From: Haliotis cracherodii
Taxonomy: Eukaryota
Length of the DNA: 64,000 nt
Assembly: GCF_022045235.1 (NCBI RefSeq)
Contig: NW_027266285.1
Location: forward strand, 3,968,001-4,032,000
Direction: 5' to 3'
Positions 46,501 through 58,500 of the stretch are shown here, in pieces. The notes beneath the pieces are model-generated. The model was given only the letters and a program-made list of their open reading frames with translations, made no database searches and was not told the DNA's origin. The translations under genes were made by a program, and so were the position numbers. Every line of letters starts with the position of its first letter. Positions within the stretch are counted from its first letter, which is position 1.

Positions 46501-49500
46501 GCAGATTTAAAGTTGCATTCAGACCTGCAGTGGTTAGAAGTATCTCAGATGTGATATGTGTGGAATGTTGCAGATTTAAAGTTGCATTCAGACCTGCAGT
46601 GGTTAGAAGCATCTCAGATGTGATATGTGTGGAATGTTGCAGATTTAAAGTTGCATTCAGACCTGCAGTGGTTAGAAGTATCTCAGATGTGATATGTGTG
46701 GAATGTTGCAGATTTAAAGTTGCATTCAGACCTGCAGTGGTTAGAAGTATCTCAGATGTGATATGTGTGGAATGTTGCAGATTTAAAGTTGCATTCAGAC
46801 CTGCAGTGGTTAGAAGCATCTCAGATGTGATATGTATGGAATGTTGCAGATTTAAAGTTGCATTCAGACCTGCAGTGGTTAGAAGTATCTCAGATGTGAT
46901 ATGTGTGGAATGTTGCAGATTTAAAGCTGCGTTCAGACCTGCAGTGGTTAGAAGCATCTCAGATGTGGTGTGTGTGTGGAATGTTGCAGATTTAAAGCTG
47001 CGTTCAGACTTGCAGTGGTTAGAAGTATCTCAGATGTGATATGTGTGGAATGTTGCAGATTTAAAGTTGCATTCAGACCTGCAGTGGTTAGAAGCATCTC
47101 AGATGTGATATGTGTGGAATGTTGCAGATTTAAAGTTGCATTCAGACCTGCAGTGGTTAGAAGTATCTCAGATGTGATATGTGTGGAATGTTGCAGATTT
47201 AAAGTTGCATTCAGACCTGCAGTGGTTAGAAGCATCTCAGATGTGATATGTGTGGAATGTTGCAGATTTAAAGTTGCATTCAGACCTGCAGTGGTTAGAA
47301 GTATCTCAGATGTGATATGTGTGGAATGTTGCAGATTTAAAGTTGCATTCAGACCTGCAGTGGTTAGAAGCATCTCAGATGTGATATGTGTGGAATGTTG
47401 CAGATTTAAAGTTGCATTCAGACCTGCAGTGGTTAGAAGCATCTCAGATGTGATATGTATGGAATGTTGCAGATTTAAAGTTGCATTCAGACCTGCAGTG
47501 GTTAGAAGTATCTCAGATGTGATATGTGTGGAATGTTGCAGATTTAAAGCTGCGTTCAGACCTGCAGTGGTTAGAAGCATCTCAGATGTGGTGTGTGTGT
47601 GGAATGTTGCAGATTTAAAGCTGCGTTCAGACTTGCAGTGGTTAGAAGTATCTCAGATGTGATATGTGTGGAATGTTGCAGATTTAAAGTTGCATTCAGA
47701 CCTGCAGTGGTTAGAAGTATCTCAGATGTGATATGTGTGGAATGTTGCAGATTTAAAGCTGCGTTCAGACCTGCAGTGGTTAGAAGCATCTCAGATGTGG
47801 TGTGTGTGTGGAATGTTGCAGATTTAAAGCTGCGTTCAGACTTGCAGTGGTTAGAAGCATCTCAGATGTGGTGTGTGTGTGGAATGTTGCAGAGTCTATG
47901 CATAGTCCAATCAAAATCGCGCACCGAAATGGATATCCGGTTCGTAAAGTGTCATGCAGATTTCGGTTGCAAAGCATGTGCACCGCTAACTCGTTGTCAA
48001 CAAATATTTTCTAAATCTTTTCATGTTTTTAATCAAGGTGTTCACGTGATTTGATGCACTTCGCAATGTAAGACTTGTTTTATCACAATATAGATCTTGA
48101 TTATCGATCAGATTGCTGGACTGGGCGCCACCGTTTTGTTTGAAGCAAATACAAGTGATACGAGAGGTTGAATCTGATTGGTCAGTAGGAGAGGCATAGA
48201 AAGGACATAACTCTCAATAGCCACTGGTGGCGCTATGATCCAGCCCAGGAATTCCAGCCTAGTTCGGCAAGGGTGGAAACTTGACTTTTAAAGTCAGTTA
48301 ACTCCTTGCCTCGGGAAGATGGATATGTGTGTGGAATGTTGCAGATTTAAAGCTGCGTTCAGACCTGTAGTGGTTAAAGAATCTCAGATGTGGTGTGTGT
48401 GTGGAATGTTGCAGATGATGCAGAGTGGCAATGAGGAAGCTGTGGCCATTGCCTCATCGACGCTGTGTAACCTGCTGCTGGAGTTCTCCCCTAGCAAGGA
48501 AGTATGATACTACCTTATCAAGTTAATCTTAACCTCAATAGGATCTACAAATAAATAATGTACCCGGTATTAATCTGCTCTGGGGGAAAAAGAAACTTTT
48601 CTTTTTTTGTGTGAATGATAATGAGTGCTTTTGCTTCCCTACATTATACAAACAGATAGTACTGGAACGGAGAGACAGTTGAAACAGTCTACAGCCCGTG
48701 CCCCGATACCAACGAGTTAATGATATTGACTTACTGTTGACATATTACCTATCATTTGGGCGTAATATGTTTTTGGTTATCTTGCAGGCACTCTCCACAT
48801 TCTGGTTGTGTTTTGGGGCATGGTTCTCATGTTTTTCCAGTAACATGTTCCACTTAACATTTATTTCTGATAATTACTCTTATGTGCTTGTTTACATTTT
48901 TGCAGAATGTATTCTATGCATTGTACTTTGTGTAAACGTCCCGTGTCGGGGAAAGACCTACATCATCTTTGCCCTTACTGCTGACCTGCATGTTCTTTTG
49001 CAAACCGGTGCTCTGTTTGCTCTTCTATGTCAATTCTAGAATTTGCATCTTACAGAAGAGCTCTTGTTAAGCGCTCGACACAACTTGCGAAACTTCTTCA
49101 CGGGATTCTGCAGGATCCTGTTGCCATTCCCGTACACCTGAAGACCTCCCTGATTCCTTTGGCAAGCGCTGTTGGCAGCTGTCTTCGGAAAGTCGCCAGA
49201 ATGTCGCCTGCAGGCACATGGACATCGTTAACGGTCACCGACAAGTCACCAGGCTGTCTTCTCGCCCCATACTTCTCTTCCACTTTTCATTTCCCCTGCG
49301 CTTCACCTGAGCGAGGTGCCTCCACCCAGGTGGAACACAATGTCTCGGATTCAGGTGACGTTCTCCAGTTAGTTGTTGATTTGGCCTGATTGCTGGACGC
49401 TGCCTTTACGGCCCTCCCTACGGCCAACCGTATATTCAGATCCCTAGATTCCGGAAGGAGCATAGCCCGTTCTATTCCATGTACTTGGCTAACTTCTCGC

Positions 49501-52500
49501 TACCCATTGATGAGGGCGTCCCTATGCTTGTCGGATCCTCTGAAACAAGTTCATTGATCCCTATGACTGATACACAACTGGGTTGGATGGACGCGGCTGT
49601 TTGCCACTCCCTTTATCCTGTTGGCAGTGGCTTCCGGCAACTCGACCAATACAAGACAGTTTGGACAAACATCCATCTGAAGCTAATGATCAGCTACTTT
49701 CTGCCTTGCACTGGCAACGACGACAGCGTGTTCACATGTCAACATGCTGCCAATAATGACTAGGCTCCAAAACAATTGCTAGGTGCTCGGCTTTACTTAA
49801 GCTGTCTTCTTTAAGACTCAGTTGATGTGCCACTCTTGGTCTGGTTCGTTTCTTTTCCACAGCCAGGTCCCTACAGTAGCAAAGGGCGCACAGAGTTGGG
49901 ATGCTAACCAACAATAGTTTCTTCTCCTTAACAATAAGGAACGTCTTCCCAGCTCTCTCAACAGAGGAAATCAGATTTTGGAAGGGCAGCCTAGTCTCAC
50001 GAGGGAGCCCTCTTGCTTTTGGCACAAGTGCCAGTCCCTTAAGAAATACCAGAACTACAAGGCCCCTTGCTCAGGATGTTTTTCTGGCAGGGACCGCCGA
50101 CATAAATGACTTCCCTCAGACGCCCCCGCAACCAGGAACTTCCTCCGCCAGTTGTCCTTTTTCAGCAAGTAGGAGGTTGACTTCAAGGGTACAGGAGGAA
50201 TTGGCAGCTGTTACAGGATCCATTCATCATGTGGATCCTTTGACATGGGTTTCACCTATAGTTTCATGCCATTCCTCCTCTCACTACCACCCTATTGGAA
50301 CCTCAATATCGGCCTCTATAGGCCAGTATTGACTTACTGAGTGGCAAGAATGCACTTGAAAAATTGGACGCTGACACCATCCAGTCAGGATTTTATTCAC
50401 CCAAGAAGGGTTCCTCCAAACTGTGGATGATTCACAACCTGGCGCTTATCTCGCTCCTATGCCGCAGTTGCAGATGATCTCCAACTGCACCCTTCACCAC
50501 CTGATAAAATCGATGGACCACCTCATCAGTTTGGACCCACAGTTTGCCTACCTGCACGTTCTCATTCATGCAGCGCATCATTGATTCAGTGGAAAGTGCT
50601 CCCATTTGGAATTTCTACAGCCCCATGATTGTTCACGTGTTTAACCAAGCCCATAGTTTCGTTCCTTCACCGGAGGGGAATTCGGTTCAAAGCCTACCTC
50701 AACGACTGCATCATCAGCCACAGCTTCCTTCAGACCCAGATTTTTAAGCCAGATTTCACCCTTCAACTCCTTCATGAGTTTGGTTGGGTGGTCAAGTTGG
50801 AGAAGTCGGATCTTAATCACTCTCGCCACCTCACTTTCATTGGCAGCTACTTTCTGACAGTTCACTACAAGTTCCAGATCGGTTCGAAGCCATCCAATCC
50901 AGGGCCCAGTGAGCACAAGGTCAACCACTCGATCTCCGCCCTTTTCAGATCCTGGCCCATCATATTCCGGGATGTCGCAATGTGTTAGCAGACTCACTTT
51001 CTCGACCTTATCGTCCTTCCCCCACAGAGCGCATAACTTTTCTGCCCCCATTTCTTCTTACCCAGGTCATTCACAAAGCAGACAAGGCCTGTGCTCAATA
51101 GGCCGAGGTGCTTTCCGAGCGCTTACTTAGCCCTCTCTGCGGATGTTCGGCTGCAAATGAATGATGTGTCAACTTCCGCCAGCAGAGGGCGTGATTTTCA
51201 AAATGGGGTTGCAGACTGATTTTAGCAATGTTGTTGAACATGTGTATGTTAAAGTATTATTGTTTAGAATAAAGATATGATAAACTTACCGTAAGTTAGA
51301 CGGTCACCGATCAAACAACAAAACTCTATTTTATGGCTTTATCGTGATATATGTCGGACCCAACTCATGTAATCCTACCGACTTATTTAACATTGGAAAA
51401 TCAAATTATAGACCGTGATTGTGTTGATTTGCCGCTGATTGTGTACAGCCAATTGTCAGTGACACTTGACACTGAGTGAGATTTCTCAGTTTGCTGTACA
51501 AGTCACTAGTGGTAGATGGGCTCGTCAGGGATCAGATATCAGTTTGCTATATCCGTTAGTTCGCTGTAGAGAGTTCGTTATGTACGCAAATTTTATATGA
51601 TAATATATAGGAGATAAATCGTGGATTTTGTAACAGTTCGTTGTATCTGTTTGTTCACTCTATCCGTGTTCGTTATATCAGTGCCCTACTGTATTTACAA
51701 ATGTACTGGGGTAAATAAAATAAAGATTGGAAAGTTAGGTAAATAAGGACTTCTGGTTCAGCACGTATATCTTATATCTTATCCACAAGTTAACTTTCCA
51801 CCGAACAATGATCACAGATCTTTTGACTTGACAAAATATCTTGTTCCCTTAGCAATCTTTTAATCAGTGATGAGCTCAAAAATGTTCCAGTATTTTGGAA
51901 ATCCTTAAACCAAATATCTCTATGGTTCTCTAATTGATTTCGGAAATCCCCCTAAAGTTTGGATGCCATACTATTCTAAAATCATACAGGGACGGTCGGG
52001 TAGCCTAGTGGTTAAAGCGTTCGCTCGTCATGCTGACGACCCGGGTTCGATTCCTGACATGGGTATAATGTGTGAAGCCCATTTCCGGTGTCCCCAGCTA
52101 TGATATTGCTGGAATATTCCTAAAAGTGGCGTAAAACCATACTCACTCACTCACTCACTCACCAAAATCATACAGAAAAAAGCTATAAAATATTTTTTTA
52201 AATCAGAATATGTATTTGAAATTCTTTCTGTCTTAATATTAATATACCCTTGAAATAGATTGGACGTAATTTATCAACTATTCCATAATATAAATAAATA
52301 ATGAAATAATATACTGTTGAAGTACTGTTTGTATGTGTGTATGAGTGAGTGAGTAATTTTTGCTTAACTCAGCAATCTTGCAGCTATTCGCGGCAAGGTA
52401 TGTGTGTATGGGAGTGTAATATAATTGATGAATCACCAGATTTGCTGACGTCAGGGGGAAATTGAAATTGAAAGACCCATAAGAAAACTTGTATTGAAGC

Positions 52501-55500
52501 CATCAGCCTTATACTCGAAGATGTGGATTTACGGACTCAAATAAAATCTTATTTTTTAAAACTGCATTCCAGGTATTTTATTTAACTGTTTTTTACCCAC
52601 TAATGGGTAAAAACATAATTGTTTGATATTTAAATTCATATATATTTAATTTCAGTATATTCAGGACAGTTATTAAGGGGAATAAATTAATTGTGTTTCA
52701 TTGTACCCCGACGGCCATTCGTCAGCATTTTCCCCTTTCATAACCTGCTTGTCCCAGAATAACACGAGTTGGCCACAAATGCCCCGACGGCATGGGACGT
52801 TGTCCACATCACCACTGGTTTAGTTGTCAGGGACAAAATTGATTATTTATAGGCCGCCAGGATATTGCTGGCATATTGTAGACTGCAGTAAAAAAAAACA
52901 AATTGCAATGTTTTAGATTTATTTAAGAAAAGACAGACATCTATGAAAATATCTGAATTTACCTTTTCTTTTAGTTTTTACAAATGAAGGTTTATATTGC
53001 ATAATAATATATGTCAAATGTTAACAAATAGAAATCAAATGAGTGTTATTGGGACAAAACTGCAACTTCATACCAAATTTTATTATACATGTATCTTGTT
53101 CACAAACAGCACATGCAAAGGTTTTATTCTGTTCTGAAATTAACATGGGTTGCAAGGAAAAATACTCTGTGCTGTGAGGGGTTTCTGAATGAAGCTAAAA
53201 CAATTGGGTTTTCCTGGTTTTAACAAGTGACAAGTCTTCCAATAAATGTAATCACTAATGTGGTTGTATCAAACTTCACCACTGTGTGTGTGTATGTCTA
53301 ACAAGTTCTTCCATGTCGAAAATGTAATGTTCACAGGACCCGCATTTGTTCAAGTCTGCCATCTTTGTCCCTCGGCGTGCCATCTCCTCAGTATGCGCGG
53401 AGGCACTAGAAAGCGCTCTCAGTATGCGTTTCATCCATTAGAAAATATTCGGAGGCGCTTGCTGGCACATCGGCTCCAAACAGCTTATTGAATGCACCTC
53501 AGACCTGTCCTCTGGATCTGATTTTGGTCGAGCTTTACTGGCCGGCCACAGTTTGGTTTCCAAGCCTTCTTCAGCTTGCCAGGTATGCATCTTCTGGCAT
53601 GCTCAACACCAGACAACCACATCAAAACCCCAACAACTACTATCTGCTTGTATGGTATGACTCCAGAAGTCCTTGATCGCTTAAGGGTTTTCGACTCGTG
53701 CTGCAGTGGCTGTCTCTAGGGCTCATCGTTGATTGCTCATCTTGCTTTCTGCTCAATCAGACACATCGTTTTGGTGGAGGCCAGGAGGCTGACTCCTTGG
53801 TTTATCTATGCTAGTCCCGTCACCTTGCTGGTTCCAGTATTGCAACGTATCTTGCGGCACTCCATTCTGTCTTGCAGATCGTTTGTGGCTGCACTTTTTG
53901 TCTGAAGTTTTCGACTGGATGGTCAGACTAAGAAGTTCCGTCCTCCTGCTTGGGATCTCAATTTTGGTTTATATGGGTTACGCCAAGCAACTGTACAAAG
54001 CGCTCATGTCTGCCTCGTTGAAGATCTCACCATAAAGTCCTGCTATCTCCTGGCTCTTGCCACGGTGGTCAGGGTTAGTGAGCTTCATGCCCTTGATGTC
54101 ACCCGGGTCAGGTTCGACCAGCGACCTCACGGCCTGGTTCACCTTGGTCTTTCTTGGGACTTCCTCGCTAAAAATCAACTTCCTGGTCAACCTGATCCGC
54201 ATGTTCATGTCCCACAACTTTCGGGGATCATCGGTCCACATGATAATGTGGAACTCGATCTTCAGAAACAGCTTCAGTCCACTTATCTTGGCCCAGCAGC
54301 TGATGAATCCCCGATGTCATTGAACGTGCCCTATATGAGGAACTAGGTCGCCTGTGGCCCCACTTGCTCTGCTGGCACCTGCTGACGAGGTAGGACCACA
54401 CCTTTTTTCAGTCCTTTATGAATATTCTGGGTTGCAGTCATTACCTGGTAAAGTATTGGTACCGTTTTCCCCCCCTCTCTCGAGCTGGATGCGGTCTGCC
54501 TTGTTATTTACCTTTTGTCAAGTGATGTTCTCTCTGCCTTCAGCCCACCATTCTGTTCCAAGAGGGCTTGACCCACATCCAATCTCCCAGACTATTGAGA
54601 CTGGAGTGGCTGCCTCGCTGTCGCCTGTAGGTTTCCTTGTCTGATTCCTTCGCTGTGATGCCTCAGTGTGACTGGCGTTTCTCACATTAAGCCCGCTTTC
54701 CATGTCAGTTGAATAAAGCACAGTGTAGCGTCAGGTAGGGTGAAACATGAGCATTTCTGATTAAATGCAATATTTTTATACCCACCTGGTGCTACACCTT
54801 TGGGCCCACCCAGACTGCGTCTGCCTCTTCTGACTCACCGTTCTGGCACCACTGTCAATGCTGCGCCTGCAGTCATACAGTGAAGAATATGAGGGATTAT
54901 GGGCCAAGGTGGATAACCTGTGAGTATCGGGCTATGGGCTGTAGTCTGTTTGAACTGTCTCTCCTATTCCAGTCTGTTTATATAAGGTAGGGAATCCAAA
55001 GCACTTTATAGCAGGTAAGTATAAAAAACATTACATTTAATCAGAAATCAGTTGAGGCTGTACATGAGTTTACAAAAATATTTGTTTCTACATTTCTGCA
55101 AAACATCTTCACAAAATGTGCTAAACAACTACACGATGTGTATTGCTAAGACAATTATAAATGAGCTGATATTTGAAGAATTAAGTTTCTTTTCAAGTAT
55201 TGTTCCATATCATTATTATTATTCATTTTCAGCCTATTCTAGAGTGTGGAGCTATCAATATCCTAGCCAGTCTTGCCAGTCGTAACGAGGCCCCGCTGAG
55301 ACTGAATGGAGTGTGGGGGTTGATGGTGAGAGTCGTACAACACTTAACACATTCAATCTTTTGCCCATGTTTTTTGTGAAAACTGCCATTGTCTAGTGTA
55401 AAGGACACAGGAAGATTAGTATGTTTGGTGATTTCCACATGGTTGAACTGCAGCCAGTAGTCACATGCCACTATTAGCTATTAGCCCAAACTTAGTAATC

Positions 55501-58500
55501 AATACATTTTCATGCCTGCCTGCTGCTCTACCCAACATCATTATGTTTGCTACATGTACGCAGAAAATCATTACGTGTATTCCCATCTTTGTTTACTTTA
55601 TGACATACACCGTACACTTTGTGAATCCCATCAGCTGACAGTGTACAGTTGTAGGAAATGCTTTCACACTTATCTACCTTGTCCATTGTTGTATTTATCT
55701 GCCTTTCATGGTTGAGTACAGTATACAGTCATGTCATTTAGTCTGTTGTTTTATTTCAGAACATGGCATTTCAAGCAGACCAGAAAGTGAAGACTCAGAT
55801 TGTTGAGACACTGGGGTCAGATCAGCTGTTTTGTCTTCTGTCAGACCAGAACCCCAACATTTTAATGAAGACTTTGGGTCTTTTGAGGAATCTCCTGTCA
55901 AACAAACCAGTAGGTTTGAAATTTCAGAAGTGCCAAGTAGGTTAAAGTTTTTTGTGCTGTCTACTCTGTGATTTGTGTTGGGCTCTGGGCTTCCTTCTTC
56001 TCTTGGACAGCATGTTGGAACAGTTTCAATGGGTTTCATTTCAGTTGGATGTAATCTGCATCTAGTTTGTTTTTTTGAATTTGCATGGAGGTAATGATAT
56101 TTTAACTCTCCTCCAAAACATTCTCTTTTCAATGGTGGTGTAAATTTGAGAAAGATCATTGAAACGTTTAATTTTCATAAATCTCTTCTCCTCTTGCATC
56201 TCAGTACATCTTTAGACACCCAGCTGTTACACACATGTAGTTAATGGAAGCACTGTCCCTCTAACTATGACATTCCTATACAATACACTATTCCAATCTG
56301 TTAAATTCAACATTGAAAACTGAAACAACAATCACTACATGTATAGAACAATGAATGAAGGTAACAAGAGGCTTATGTTTCGCCTGTTGGATTCTTGTTG
56401 TCCAATATTCAACATAATAGGAGTCCCTGCTCTAATAACTGCCCCCACTCTCTCCAGGACTCCTTTCCTATATGCTGGTCAGTCATTGTGCAGCTTCAAA
56501 TTATGTCCAGTTCTCCTGCAATATCTGATGGACTTAAGATCAGAAAGTAATCAGGATTGAGTAAACCACATGTCATGTGAAAGACAAGCTTGAAAACATT
56601 TGTTTACCAATCTAAGAATTGTTGTTTGTCATAGAGGACTCCCTATTCCAAGGTCCACACACTCCTGACTTCTGGCAAGTGCTTAATATCTTCCATACTT
56701 CATTTCATCTTGTCCTGTAGTTTCAGAATCTCATCTGTTGACTGTCTTTCATGATATCATACTCATGCAGGGGGCATGGGTGGCCCAGTTGTCTAATCCT
56801 GGTTCGCCCCGATTATGTTTCTAGGTTTGTCAGCCCCATTCCCGTGCTTGTGGGTTTCACCGAAGTGGTAAACGTCTGAGACCTGCATCACTTTGGGCTT
56901 TCCTCCCACATTAAGCTGACACGCCGCGATATAACTGGAATACTGTTAAAAGCGGCGTTAAACCCAACTCACTCACTCACCATACTCATGCAAATATTCA
57001 AGAATAATCTCACTCAAATGTTTACAGACATTGACCAAATTTCAGCACATCGACAGTATCATGAACGTGTATGGGAAACAGGTGATGCAGGCCGTTGTCT
57101 TTATTCTTGAGGGAGATCACTCCGTGGATGTCAAGGAACAGGTGTGTTATTTTGCTCGTTGTTGTGTTGTATGGAATGGTTACAGTATACTTAGCTTCAA
57201 AGGGTTGTGCCACATACAGGGCTCTCAGTGGTAGTTCCTAGTGTATACAATACCAACCAAACAATATCTCCATTGCACAGATATTAATACATTCAGACTT
57301 CATGGGAATATGATTTATTCTGCCATACTTGAGGATATTTACAGATCACCACTGCCAGTTTTGTAGTAGCCTTTTTAAAATGGTTAACCAGAAGCTTTGA
57401 ACTGATCACCACAGGTGAAAATAGAGATTTTATGATTGATAGGTATACAGACTGTAATTAACATATTTCCAGACTCTCTGTATCCTGGCAAACATCGCAG
57501 ATGGAGATAGTGCCAAGGATGTCATCATGGCTAATGAAGATGTTCTGAAGAAGCTCATGTCTTACATGGTGAGGAGTGGAATACCTTGCATACAGTGTCA
57601 GCCACCAAGTCTGCTGTTTAGAAGTAGTGTATTAAGAAGGGGTGGGTGGGTGGTGAGTTTTACGTTTGTTTGCACAGGGAGTCTGTCTAGGTATCACTAA
57701 CAATGTCCATGTCCATAGGTTAGTGTTTGTACAGGGTGTTCATAGTGTAGTGTTTGTACAGGGACTAGGTACCACTAACAATGTCCCTGTCCATAGGTTA
57801 GTGTTTGTACAGGGTGTCCATGGTGTAGTGTTTGTACAGGGACTCGATGCCACTTATAATGTCCCTGTCCATGGTGTAGTGTTTGTACAGGGTGTCCATG
57901 GTGTAGTGTTTGTACAGGGTGTCCATGGTGTATTGTTTATACAGTGACTCGATGCCACTTTCAATGTCCCTGTCCATGGTGTAGTGTTTGTACAGGGTGT
58001 TCATGGTGTAGTGTTTGTACAGGGTGTTCATGGTGTAGTGTTTGTACAGGGTGTCCATGGAGTAGTGTTTGTACAGGGTGTCCATGGTGTAGTGTTTGTA
58101 CAGGGACTAGGTACCACTAACAATGTTCCTGTCTGTGGTGTAGTGTTTGTATAGGGTGTCCATGGAGTAGTGTTTGTACAGGGTGTTCATGGTGTAGTGT
58201 TTGTACAGGGTGTTCATGGTGTAGTGTTTGTACAGGGTGTTCATGGTGTAGTGTTTGTACGGGGTGTCCATGGTGTAGTGTTTGTACAGGGTGTCCATGC
58301 TGTAGTGTTTGTACAGGGTGTTCATGGTGTAGTGTTTGTACAGGGTGTTCATGGTGTAGTGTTTGTACAGGGTGTCCATGGAGTAGTGTTTGTACAGGGT
58401 GTCCATGGTGTAGTGTTTGTACAGGGTGTCCATGGAGTAGTGTTTGTACAGGGTGTTCATGGTGTAGTGTTTGTACAGGGTGTTCATGCTGTAGTGTTTG

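Noticed and set aside
46241-47983. Cys-rich CVECCRFK repeat ORFs
   Set aside because: 69-bp satellite translation. The frame is continuous with exon 13 only in the last units, and ARMC8 homology starts at 48415.
51180-53285. Classifiable DNA transposon inside the intron 13 DIRS
   Set aside because: Clearly foreign AT-rich sequence with MITE and SINE fragments, but I could not find convincing TIRs, a TSD or a transposase.
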